Shown here: positions 15,525-24,587 of the stretch, piece by piece
How the letters are laid out: every line of letters begins with the position of its first letter
Numbering within the stretch: the stretch's first letter is position 1
Virus record (IMG/VR): IMGVR_UViG_3300042901_000667
Coordinates: 1 to 37,760 of that record
DNA: 37,760 bases
Origin: a virus
Taxonomy: Duplodnaviria; Caudoviricetes
Reading direction: 5' to 3' (one strand)
The notes under the pieces: model-generated
Databases searched by the model: none
Told to the model about the DNA's origin: nothing
The model's input: the letters and a program-made list of their open reading frames with translations, nothing else
Program-made: the position numbers and the translations under genes

Positions 15525-17117
15525 TGCTTTTGCGGCTGGTGTAGCTGCTTTACTTGTTTGATCTGCTAACAATGCAGCCGTTGGATTGTTTGCAATAAAT
15601 CGCGGATAAGCCGTCATCATTGGTGATGTTGTTGCTTTTGCCGCCGTGTAAGCCAATGGAGCACGAATCAACGAAGACAAAATATCTGCTGTTGCCTCAC
15701 GCTCGTAAGTGGGTGAACCTGCTTTAAGCGGCTTCATGTTTTCGCCTATTTTGGCAATGTCATAAAGCGGATTACCTTCAAGCTTGCCCTGACGGAAAGC
15801 GGAGGGATTGTTGTTTCGTAGAGCAGCGGCCAATCGAGCAGGGCTTACATTGCCACCTTCGGCAACCATGCCCTTTTCAAGCGTTTTAAGATTAGCGTAT
15901 TGCGGACGCACTTCTCGCAGCGCCTTGGCTAATGCCTCGTTACCAGATGCTTTAAGAGATTGTTCTGCTGAATCGTCAAGCGCACCTAATAGCTTGCCGT
16001 AGAGGGCCTTGTTCGTACCTGTTGCACCAAATGCTTGATCTGATAATCCAGACCGCGTTAACTGATAGGTTTCGCCATCAATCTTGCCGCTATTTTGAGC
16101 AAGCATTTTGGCCTGTTTTGCAATTTCTGTAAGCGCCGGGTCGCGCTGGGCGGCTATTTGCCTGCTTTGGGTTTTTAACAACTCGTCTGCTATTTCCCCG
16201 ACTTTTGGCGAAATAGCAATTTGTTTGCCGGGTAGGTCTTTGATTTCTTGAAAAGTTTTCCCCAGGCGAGTTGCAGCGTCAGAAAATACTTGCGGAGTCA
16301 TTTCGTCCGCAGTTTCGCCAATACTTTGTGCGGCTCTACGGTTTACGGCATTTTGATTGGCTTGTGCAAAATCTTGCATGACGCCAGCGCCGCCAGGAGT
16401 GCGTGCTGCAACGTCCTCAATGCGCGCCATCAGCGGGCTACCTGTTACCTCAGAGATTCTCGGTCGATACCCCATTGCAATTGCAGCTTTTAACGCCGCA
16501 CGCTGTCCGCTTGATAGCATTTTGCCGGCTACAGGGGAAATAAGATTAGCTACTTTTTGACCAACAGCACCACCAATAAGGGTAGAACCAGCGCCAACCA
16601 CGCCGCGTGATGCGCGTTCTTCTGGAGAACCGTATTTAAGAGCCTCCATACCTCCAGTTACTGCAGCTGATGGTAAAAGCCCGGCCAACCCTGTTGCCAT
16701 AATAGAAGGAACAGCCTCCCCTGCACCAGTAGCTATTGGTCGAGCGGCTTTTAAACCAGCGTACATCGAATCTTTTTGCGCCTCTAATTCTGCTTGTTTC
16801 TCGCGCTCTTGTTTTGCTGCATTTGCAAAACTTTCAGGCGCGAACCTTTCAACGCCCGCAAGAGTCAGGTCTTTTAGACCCATTGCCATTTTGTCAAACC
16901 CTTGTCCTGCTGCAACCGCTAACGTATCGCCTAGCCCCATGCCCTCAGCCGCCGCCTTTGATGCCTCCGCAGAAACATTGTTAGACTGCTTTTTGGGTTG
17001 TGCTGGTTTGGTCTGTTCTCGAGCCGCTTTGTACGCTGACGCAACCGTTTCAAACTCAGGAGAACCCTGTTTGTCTTGGTTGTCAACTATCCATTGCGCG
17101 TACTTTTCGGCACTCAT
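15465..17117 (-). CDS. DNA ejection (internal virion) protein
   Basis: Ala/Gly-rich helical 550 aa; position in the podovirus ejection cluster. Confidence 0.75.
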   Translation of the reverse strand: MSAEKYAQWIVDNQDKQGSPEFETVASAYKAAREQTKPAQPKKQSNNVSAEASKAAAEGMGLGDTLAVAAGQGFDKMAMGLKDLTLAGVERFAPESFANAAKQEREKQAELEAQKDSMYAGLKAARPIATGAGEAVPSIMATGLAGLLPSAAVTGGMEALKYGSPEERASRGVVGAGSTLIGGAVGQKVANLISPVAGKMLSSGQRAALKAAIAMGYRPRISEVTGSPLMARIEDVAARTPGGAGVMQDFAQANQNAVNRRAAQSIGETADEMTPQVFSDAATRLGKTFQEIKDLPGKQIAISPKVGEIADELLKTQSRQIAAQRDPALTEIAKQAKMLAQNSGKIDGETYQLTRSGLSDQAFGATGTNKALYGKLLGALDDSAEQSLKASGNEALAKALREVRPQYANLKTLEKGMVAEGGNVSPARLAAALRNNNPSAFRQGKLEGNPLYDIAKIGENMKPLKAGSPTYEREATADILSSLIRAPLAYTAAKATTSPMMTAYPRFIANNPTAALLADQTSKAATPAAKALAAALAQRMLLNPVMAENQ

Positions 17118-18556
17118 TTTTTACCCCGGTTAAGGATAGCGTCAGCGTCATTAAAAACGCGATTGCCTTGGGGCATTGGTTTTGCGCTTGCGGGATCGGG
17201 TGCGCCAGTCACTGCGGCTGGCTCGTCAAAATTAAACTCCTGACCCACCGTCCCCATTGTCGGATTGTTTTTCAACCTGTCTGCTACTGCCTTGCCTTTG
17301 CTGATAGATGCACGGCCAGCGCGTTCGTTCATATCTGCAAGGTCGCGCAATGTACTGGCGTTGACCTCCAAATTACCAGACTTGGCACGCTCCAAGAATG
17401 CGCGGTCTTTGTCGGTAAAGCCTTGCCCACCACCCAATCCAGATGTTTTGATAGCGTCCAGCGTAGAACTGGCAAGCAAGCCCGCAAGAGTTTCAGTGTT
17501 TTGAACTTGCTTGCCGTCAATAATACCTGCTGTAGTCAGTGCTTTGTTAAGCGCTAACCGAGCCTCTGCGCCCGTGCCCGTGATCGGGTTTTTGTCAAGA
17601 TAGGATTTGATGCTTTGCGCGTTTCTGATACGGTCGCCAGCGGCACGCGCCGCGTCTATAGTTGCTAAGTCAGATGCTGCTAGTCCTTTGGCAATTTCGC
17701 CTGCATAGCCTTTTTCCGTGTTTACGCTAACATTCGATGCGCCAGCTCTTGCGATTCCAGATTTAACGCCCACCAGCGGAGCATTAGGGATAAAGCCGCC
17801 TTTGCCATCGCTAACCAAAAGGTCTTTATATGGGTTGCCTGTCATTTCAAGCGGCGCAACACCTGACGGCCTGTCGCCAAACTTTGTAACAGGCACTTTT
17901 TGCCCGCCTACGTCTTGGAAAGTCACCTCGTCGCGCCCGTAGTTCCTAGACTCGTAGTATTGTTTGACCATCTCAGGCGGCACACCCGCTGCAATAGCTT
18001 GCTGTGGCCCTGGTGCGCTTTGAAGCACGGCCATCATGCGCTGCTGTTGCGCCTGTGCCTGCGCCTGCTTCGCCTGCTCTTGCGCCATCTGCAATTGACC
18101 TTGCGTGCCCATTTGTTGTAGTCCGGGCGTTCTAGCACTTGCCGCGTACTGGTAAGCAGCGTTAATGTCGCCAGGAACTGCAGCTTTTTGCGCGACTGGC
18201 ATGGCGTTGCCCTCGTCGTCGTTCTGTGTCAGTGGCTGAATATCACGCGCTGCCTCACCGCTTAGCAGTTTGGTGAATTGCCCCATTTCCTCGGACTGAC
18301 GGCCACGCACAGCCTCTGCAAGTGCTTTCTGGCGTTCATCGGCTTGCCGTACACCTTGCCCACCTTGATAGGCGTTTAGGAGCTGTGCGAGGTTTTGTGT
18401 GATGCTAGGGGCTACATAATGGCCGCTTATCATCTGGCTTTGTGGTGCTTGGTCGCCCTTTTGCCGTAAAAGCTGGGCGTACTGGCGCTGGCGTTCAATG
18501 TTTTGCGCCTCGATTTGCTCATCAAATCCGGGCTGGAAGAAGTTAGCTTGTGCCAT
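17114..18556 (-). CDS. DNA ejection (internal virion) protein
   Basis: Gln/Ala-rich 480 aa; synteny. Confidence 0.75.
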   Translation of the reverse strand: MAQANFFQPGFDEQIEAQNIERQRQYAQLLRQKGDQAPQSQMISGHYVAPSITQNLAQLLNAYQGGQGVRQADERQKALAEAVRGRQSEEMGQFTKLLSGEAARDIQPLTQNDDEGNAMPVAQKAAVPGDINAAYQYAASARTPGLQQMGTQGQLQMAQEQAKQAQAQAQQQRMMAVLQSAPGPQQAIAAGVPPEMVKQYYESRNYGRDEVTFQDVGGQKVPVTKFGDRPSGVAPLEMTGNPYKDLLVSDGKGGFIPNAPLVGVKSGIARAGASNVSVNTEKGYAGEIAKGLAASDLATIDAARAAGDRIRNAQSIKSYLDKNPITGTGAEARLALNKALTTAGIIDGKQVQNTETLAGLLASSTLDAIKTSGLGGGQGFTDKDRAFLERAKSGNLEVNASTLRDLADMNERAGRASISKGKAVADRLKNNPTMGTVGQEFNFDEPAAVTGAPDPASAKPMPQGNRVFNDADAILNRGKK

Positions 18557-18564
18557 AAGTTACC

Positions 18565-19446
18565 TTAAAACATCTTGCCAATGCCAGAGCCGAGCATCCC
18601 GCCCATTGGCCCACCTAATGCCGAGCCAGCCAAGCCAAACAAGCCGCTTGTAAAGTTGTTATTACTTGCGTTTGCCGCATTGCTTGAGCCTAGCGCGTTG
18701 TTGTAGTTGCTATTTGCCGCTCTGAACTGTGAATTTGCAGCGCTGAGCATGTCGGCACCTTGCGTTGTGGTTTGCTGTGCGTAGCTGCCAAACGTGGGGT
18801 TAGTCACCTGTGAACCAGTACGCAAGGCGTTCAAGGCGTTCAAATCGCGGGTGTTGAAATACTGCTGCTCTTGAATACCCTGCTGGCGTGCCTGCTGGCC
18901 TGTGCTGATGCCTTGTAAGGCGGCTTGGCTGTACGCATCATTTTCCTGCCTGCCGATGTCGTCCAGTGCGTTTCTGTAGGCTTCCGAGCCTTGCTGAATA
19001 CCTTGGTTGGCCAGGCGTGTTTCAGCACTTGCGCGGGAGCGGTCAAGCTGTGGCTGCATTCTGCGAAGGATTGCGTCTTGTGCCGTTTCGCCGGGGTTAA
19101 ATGTGGGTTTAACCAGCTTGTAATCACCCCATCCTGCCGCCTGCTGTGCTGCAACCCGTGCCGTTGATTCGTCTTGCAGGTTTGCAAGCCCCTGGCTGGT
19201 TTTGTTGCTTTGATCGAGTAGCTTTTGGCCTTCAGGCGTTAAATTAATGCGCTGCGTCCATGGGTCGTAATCTGTCGCGCCGCGCTGCCATTCAAGCGAA
19301 CCGTAAGGCGTGTACTGATTGGCACGATTCGCTACGGTTGCGTACTTTGCGGCCTCAAGGTTTCCCGCTGCCGTGGCATTGGCCGCGCCCGCATAGTCAG
19401 GTGCTGGCGGTGGTGGTGGTGGTGGTGGACTGCTGCTTTTACCCAT
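18565..19446 (-). CDS. DNA pilot/ejection protein (P22 gp7-like position)
   Basis: MGKSSSP..APDY start, NQYTPYGS, and a Gly-rich hydrophobic C-terminus. Confidence 0.75.
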   Translation of the reverse strand: MGKSSSPPPPPPPPAPDYAGAANATAAGNLEAAKYATVANRANQYTPYGSLEWQRGATDYDPWTQRINLTPEGQKLLDQSNKTSQGLANLQDESTARVAAQQAAGWGDYKLVKPTFNPGETAQDAILRRMQPQLDRSRASAETRLANQGIQQGSEAYRNALDDIGRQENDAYSQAALQGISTGQQARQQGIQEQQYFNTRDLNALNALRTGSQVTNPTFGSYAQQTTTQGADMLSAANSQFRAANSNYNNALGSSNAANASNNNFTSGLFGLAGSALGGPMGGMLGSGIGKMF

Positions 19447-19450
19447 GTGT

Positions 19451-19846
19451 TTACTCCAAAAATCGACACTGATTGCGTGTCATAGTGAGAATGCAAAAAT
19501 CCCCTTTTGGGCCTGCGTCTTTGATAAGTGATTCGTCTGTGAAGCCGATGTTTCGGGTAAAGCGAAGACAAGCCGAGTTTTCGGAGTCAATCACACCCAC
19601 TATTTTTTTAACCTTAGCCACGTTGAAGGCATAGCCGAACAACGCGCGTAGCCAAGCCTTTGACATTCGCTGTCCAGGCTCTAAGCCAACGTGAATCTGT
19701 AGCGAATTTCCGGTGTAGTTTTCAAAGAACACACCGCACACAATGCGGCCTTCTTTTTCAATCCCAAACCCGACACCACCGCCAAAATACTCACCGCCGC
19801 CCTGCGCTGCTACCCACTCGCAAACGCCTTTGCCCTGAACAATCAA
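19451..19846 (-). CDS. GNAT-family acetyltransferase (P22 gp14-like position)
   Basis: LFGYAFN...N.ACLRF..NIGF..E motif; TTG start overlapping the upstream stop. Confidence 0.75.
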   Translation of the reverse strand: MIVQGKGVCEWVAAQGGGEYFGGGVGFGIEKEGRIVCGVFFENYTGNSLQIHVGLEPGQRMSKAWLRALFGYAFNVAKVKKIVGVIDSENSACLRFTRNIGFTDESLIKDAGPKGDFCILTMTRNQCRFLE

Positions 19847-21372
19847 AGTACGCCTGCGCCTTTTTCTGCAACGTAGTCCACCGACTGCCAGCGCAGTTGT
19901 GCCGAACTGGTTTGCACTTTGAGATACAAAGCCGCGCAATAACCAACGCCGCCGATGGTGTTCCAGTCTTTGCGAAGTGTTAGCCCACCCCCCCACACCG
20001 AGCCGTCCCATGTTGCAGCGTCCCATGTCGCGACGGCTGACGGGCTGAATGTTGGACTGCCTACGGGTTCCTGAATATCAAAATCTACGTTCAAGCGAAG
20101 CAAAACACCGACGCTTGGCGAGTCGGTTGTGATGATCGGTCGTGCCATCGTGTAACGCTTTTGGCTCATGCCGCCGTGATACTGAAACGACGGCAAAGCA
20201 TTTCCTGTAATTGCTACGCCAGAATCATTTGCACCTATCCACGCCTTTACAACCTTACCCGCAGTGCCGTAATAAAGGGTTGACTGCGTTTGAACAAAAC
20301 ATGAAGCATTCCAGCCAATAAAGCGACACCACGACCCGCTCAGTGTGTTCATCACATACTGCTGACTACCGCCAAACACCGGGACATTTAAAATCAGCGC
20401 GTTCTTTTCAGCAAACCCTTGGAGCTGCCAGCCGTAGGACGATGCATAAGCCCCCGTTGCATCGCTCATTGCTTGCTGTATCTTGTCGGTAATGCTGACT
20501 TTGGTAGACACGCGAGACGATTGCAAAGCAGCCGACAAGGGCTGCACACCGTCACGGCAAATCAAAAGCAAATCTGAGCCGTACTTCATGAAGCAATTGC
20601 GGGTAACAGGCTCGCCAATGTCATACACACCGACTAAAACGAAGCCAGTTGCTGTAGAAGGGTCAATGCCGCGATACACAGCCACTTGGCCTTCAGACGT
20701 AATAAACACCGCATGGTCATCCATTCCAGACCCGCTGTCTATCGTCCAAGTACCCATCGCCATCAAGTAGCCGCCACGATTAAACAATGATGCAAAATCA
20801 ATTGACTGTGCCGCGCCGCCAATTGAATCAACTGGCAAATACCAGACTTTCATCGTGTCATCTTGAGTAAACCAGATGCGCCGTGCGTACACATTAATGT
20901 GTGTCAATGTTGTAGTGGTCACGCCCGTAACCGCTGGAACGCTTGCCCCATCTACAGAAACCCATGTAGCGCCGTTCCACAATCGGGGTTTATCTACACC
21001 ATTTACTGCGTATAGAAACGAACCGCCAGCGGTGGAGAAATTCACATATCGCCATTGCGCGTTAGCTAGGCCAGTCTGCACCGCTGCACCTACGGCACCC
21101 GCTGCGGTCACGTTGTAAATGTTCGTGCCGGCAGCAGCAAACATGGTAGTCGCCCCGGCTGGCGTGTTGTAGTCCATCAGCGTTTCCACCGTGCCAGTAA
21201 TGCCGGTCACATGATCAACGGACCCGGGGCGCAGTGATACCTCAGTGGTCAGCGGGAAAAAGTTATCCAGAATCACCGCATCACGCGGCCCCATTTGCGC
21301 AATTGGGTCTTTTGCGTTCCAGCCACCTACCGGGGCGGGCATAGTAACAACCGAAGCTATGCGTTTTTTCAT
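19843..21372 (-). CDS. Tail hub/nozzle (packaged-DNA stabilisation, P22 gp10-like)
   Basis: PAPVGGWNA start; beta-rich 509 aa; synteny. Confidence 0.8.
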   Translation of the reverse strand: MKKRIASVVTMPAPVGGWNAKDPIAQMGPRDAVILDNFFPLTTEVSLRPGSVDHVTGITGTVETLMDYNTPAGATTMFAAAGTNIYNVTAAGAVGAAVQTGLANAQWRYVNFSTAGGSFLYAVNGVDKPRLWNGATWVSVDGASVPAVTGVTTTTLTHINVYARRIWFTQDDTMKVWYLPVDSIGGAAQSIDFASLFNRGGYLMAMGTWTIDSGSGMDDHAVFITSEGQVAVYRGIDPSTATGFVLVGVYDIGEPVTRNCFMKYGSDLLLICRDGVQPLSAALQSSRVSTKVSITDKIQQAMSDATGAYASSYGWQLQGFAEKNALILNVPVFGGSQQYVMNTLSGSWCRFIGWNASCFVQTQSTLYYGTAGKVVKAWIGANDSGVAITGNALPSFQYHGGMSQKRYTMARPIITTDSPSVGVLLRLNVDFDIQEPVGSPTFSPSAVATWDAATWDGSVWGGGLTLRKDWNTIGGVGYCAALYLKVQTSSAQLRWQSVDYVAEKGAGVL

Positions 21373-21383
21373 TTAAATAAAAT

Positions 21384-22238
21384 TTAAAATAAAGGTTTGC
21401 CGCTATTACTAAACACTTTAATAAAATCTGCGCCTGAATTCCTAGCTTCTTGATAAGCCTTAAAAACACTTTTTCGAGCGTTCCGCGCGGCAACTTCTAA
21501 TGGCGAGTTATACAATTCTTGCTCTTTGAGATACTGCGCTACTCTTGTGTCATAAGCCAATTGCTGTTCTGGAGTTACTTTTGCAAGCGAATTTAAATAA
21601 TCGTCGTATTCGCCAATATTTAATCCAGAATCGTGGCTTCCCCGTATTTCTCGAACATATTGCGACTGCACAGGCCCTTTTGAGTGGTCAGAGAATCTAA
21701 ATGGCGTGTTGTCAAAAACTCCCGCCCCTGTTACTGGGTTATGAACCTTCACATAAGAACTAGGCCCAGCGCGGCTCCCTGAATGCTCAACTGAGCCGCG
21801 TAAGCCTCGCGCCTTTAATGAATCTACAAAATCTTCTGCATGTTTTTTAACTGCGGCAACCTTCTCTGGCTGTGTAAAATAATCGGGGAAAGCAATCACG
21901 CCGGCCTGCTTGTTCATGGTTGCTGGTGCCGAGAGATTATCCATCGCACCCAAAGCACCACGCGCTATTTGCGGGGCAAAGTTAGTCGCCAGCGCAGGGC
22001 CAGCCATGCCCAATGTCTCGCCAATGATTCGAGGTGCGCCCATCGGCACATCGCGGGTCAATCCTTTGTCTGCCATCCATTGCGAGCCGCCTACGGGGTT
22101 TTGTGGCATGGGTAAGCCTATCCCCTTGAGTCCCATAGAAAGAAGGTCTACGGGGCCGCTGACATTGCTGGCAATGGCGTTAGAGGCGCTTTGTGCGGTG
22201 TCGCGCAGCAGGGCGGCGAGTTGTTTAGCTTTATCCAT
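21384..22238 (-). CDS. Modular virion-associated protein: Ala/Gly-rich N-domain plus a distinct C-terminal domain
   Basis: GPVDL...NPVGGSQW N-domain; AT-richer C-domain with SSY...RFSDH. Confidence 0.75.
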   Translation of the reverse strand: MDKAKQLAALLRDTAQSASNAIASNVSGPVDLLSMGLKGIGLPMPQNPVGGSQWMADKGLTRDVPMGAPRIIGETLGMAGPALATNFAPQIARGALGAMDNLSAPATMNKQAGVIAFPDYFTQPEKVAAVKKHAEDFVDSLKARGLRGSVEHSGSRAGPSSYVKVHNPVTGAGVFDNTPFRFSDHSKGPVQSQYVREIRGSHDSGLNIGEYDDYLNSLAKVTPEQQLAYDTRVAQYLKEQELYNSPLEVAARNARKSVFKAYQEARNSGADFIKVFSNSGKPLF

Positions 22239-23132
22239 TTAAGCACCCGGCCAATTTCCGTCCGGAATATTTTCCGTGCTCAACAACACCGAGCCGCTAC
22301 CCTGAGCCAGTGACAACGTAGGCGCTGATTTGTTTTGTGCTTGGCACGTTGCCAGCAGATTTTTATATGCATCGTCGTCGTATGCAAAGCCCTTGGCTTT
22401 ATTCCAGCGAAGTTTTAAGCCTTCCACCATGAGTGAATCGTCAAACACGGCGCTATCGGTATCGACCGTGAACTTTTCTTTTGTCGTGCCTGCCAGTGCT
22501 GTAACCCAGTTCTTGCTGACGTACTCCATCGACAAGAGCGAAGCAGCGGACGGCGGCGGGTTAAGTTGTATCGTGTTGCCTGCAATCCTGAACCGCAAGC
22601 GAGGGCCAGCGTACACAATGCCGCTTTTGAAGTTCTGCCACTCTTGCGCCGACTTTGGGCCATTCAAAGGCCAGCGGTTTGTTCTGTCCCATTCGGTTTG
22701 TTCAATCTGCCGTAGCCAGTCTGCCGGCAGCGGGTAGTTGACTTGACCGAAGTTGATAGCAATGCCTACGCCTGTAGCCTCTGACGGCTGGTTAAGCGTG
22801 ACCGTGCCTACACCTACAGAAATGATCTGGGAGAACGGCACAGCGCCTACAAAAGAAGCGCCCCAATTGGTTGTCAATCCCGTGGTGTTGGGGATGCCAG
22901 TCACCACCGCACTGCCTTGCGTCACGTTACCCGTGGTCACTAGCGTTGCGGTGGTCAGTAAATATTCTTTATTCAGCTCTTGCCAGACGAATTGGCGCGA
23001 CAAGTCACGGCCAAAGCGATTCAGGAGGGCGAAAATCTGCTGGATTTGCGGATCAGTCGATGATGCTACTTGCGTAGGCGCGGCTATGCCGACCTCGTAG
23101 CACATCTGTTGCGTCAGTTCCAGCAGATTCAT
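22239..23132 (-). CDS. Head-tail adaptor (tail tubular protein A/P22 gp4-like)
   Basis: MNLLELTQ...YPLPADW...RFRI...GLKLRW..AKG; synteny. Confidence 0.75.
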   Translation of the reverse strand: MNLLELTQQMCYEVGIAAPTQVASSTDPQIQQIFALLNRFGRDLSRQFVWQELNKEYLLTTATLVTTGNVTQGSAVVTGIPNTTGLTTNWGASFVGAVPFSQIISVGVGTVTLNQPSEATGVGIAINFGQVNYPLPADWLRQIEQTEWDRTNRWPLNGPKSAQEWQNFKSGIVYAGPRLRFRIAGNTIQLNPPPSAASLLSMEYVSKNWVTALAGTTKEKFTVDTDSAVFDDSLMVEGLKLRWNKAKGFAYDDDAYKNLLATCQAQNKSAPTLSLAQGSGSVLLSTENIPDGNWPGA

Positions 23133-23135
23133 GGC

Positions 23136-23267
23136 TTATGCCTTCTTAATGTTGGTTGGGCGGCGAATTCGTATTTTTTGCTTTTGACCAAAAGGGTAGG
23201 TGATGCCGCAAGAGAGCGCGTCCACAATTTCCATAAAATCACACCAGAAGTTGTAAATCCGGTTCAT
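23136..23267 (-). CDS. 43-aa mini-gene flanked by a duplicated stop/RBS/start junction
   Basis: MNRIYNFWCDFMEIVDALSCGITYPFGQKQKIRIRRPTNIKKA; 16-bp repeats at 23128-23143 and 23263-23278. Confidence 0.6.
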   Translation of the reverse strand: MNRIYNFWCDFMEIVDALSCGITYPFGQKQKIRIRRPTNIKKA

Positions 23268-23270
23268 GGT

Positions 23271-23813
23271 TTATGCCTCTTCGGTTTCTTTTGCAGGCCG
23301 ACCGCGCTTAGGCTGTGCCATTTGCGCGATCTGCTCTTTAAGGGCTTCAATCTCGCCTTGCAAGCGGTCATTTTCAGCGGCTTGGCGCGTAACCAGTGCA
23401 GAGTCTTTCGCGGCTAATAGCCATGCTTTGGCCTTGCTGCGTAGTTCCATGTAACCCATCCCCATGCGCTTGCAGGTTGAATCAGACAATTCAGCCAGTT
23501 GCTCGACCGAGCGTATCTCAAAGAATTCGCATTCTTTAACCTGAGACTTGTTCACAACAGGCCACATCGATAGCGGCGTACCGTCAACTACATCTTTCAT
23601 GCCTTTTTCAAACCGCTCGTATTGGCGGCGATACTCTTCTTTGTGTTGTGGCGTTGCAGGCGTTTCGATGATGGAAGTTGCATCACCTGGCACCATGATT
23701 CGCACGAATATGCGCTGCTCATAGACCGGGCGGCCTTCTTGTTCGCTCTTGAAAGGGATTTCAAGTGCGTCTTCATAAAATTCAACAAACAAATTGGCTG
23801 TAGAGTTGTCCAC
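23271..23813 (-). CDS. Conserved-type head-completion-region protein
   Basis: GTPLSMWP...IRSVEQLAELSD; AAGGA RBS with GTG start. Confidence 0.75.
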   Translation of the reverse strand: MDNSTANLFVEFYEDALEIPFKSEQEGRPVYEQRIFVRIMVPGDATSIIETPATPQHKEEYRRQYERFEKGMKDVVDGTPLSMWPVVNKSQVKECEFFEIRSVEQLAELSDSTCKRMGMGYMELRSKAKAWLLAAKDSALVTRQAAENDRLQGEIEALKEQIAQMAQPKRGRPAKETEEA

Positions 23814-23862
23814 AGTAGTTCCTTTTAAAGTTGCCCCGGTTTAGCCCACCGGGGCGAAGGGC

Positions 23863-24231
23863 TTACGCTGAAAGAATAGCGAACCAGTTGGCCGAGCCTG
23901 TTCCCACGAACATAGCGCGACCACCAGCAGCGACTGAAAAGCCGCCAGTAGTAGCGGTCAAGGCGTTAATGCTTGCGCCGGTACTGGGGTACACCAGTAC
24001 AGCGTTAGCGCCTGAGTTGATAACAACAACGGCTGAACCAGCCTCGGGAGCCATCAGGCGAACACCTGTTGACGCCGCAGCGGTAGTCACGCGGTTAATC
24101 GCGGCTGAGAGTCCTGTTGCGTCAGCATTGGTCGTGCCTGCGGCGGTTATGGTGTCAACCACATCGCCGCAGGCATTAACTGCTTGCTGTGCTGAGAACC
24201 CCGAACCCATAAGCCGGGTTGGAATTGCCAT
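23863..24231 (-). CDS. Putative capsid decoration protein
   Basis: Ala/Gly/Thr-rich; downstream of the capsid gene. Confidence 0.65.
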   Translation of the reverse strand: MAIPTRLMGSGFSAQQAVNACGDVVDTITAAGTTNADATGLSAAINRVTTAAASTGVRLMAPEAGSAVVVINSGANAVLVYPSTGASINALTATTGGFSVAAGGRAMFVGTGSANWFAILSA

Positions 24232-24241
24232 GCTTTACTCC

Positions 24242-24538
24242 TTAAACGCCAGCGCGTGAGAACCAGCCACGGTCACCCGAAGCCATCGCCACAGCAGGCG
24301 ACAGGTAAGAACCACCGGAAGCAGTAGCCAGAAACGTGGTTGCGTTGACGGTGCAATCTGCATCGCTTGCGGAAATAACGGCGTTAGCTTGTGAATACAC
24401 GTAAATACGGCCATTGGTGGCAAATACTTGCGTACCCAACTGAGGTGCATCCTCTGCGGTTGTGCCGACATCAGCCGCGTGGGTGATGGTATTGAGGTCA
24501 ATGCCCTGAACGGGCGTAACTGTAAATGGTGATGCCAT
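24242..24538 (-). CDS. Putative capsid decoration/cement protein
   Basis: LGTQVF..NGRIYVY...GDRGWF; follows the major capsid gene. Confidence 0.7.
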   Translation of the reverse strand: MASPFTVTPVQGIDLNTITHAADVGTTAEDAPQLGTQVFATNGRIYVYSQANAVISASDADCTVNATTFLATASGGSYLSPAVAMASGDRGWFSRAGV

Positions 24539-24587
24539 TTGAAACTCCTAAAAATGTGAATGAACAACAGGGCCGAAGCCCCATTGA

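Noticed and set aside
19406-19430. (GGT)n tract
   Set aside because: It encodes a poly-proline linker at the pilot protein N-terminus; triplet slippage would not shift the frame.
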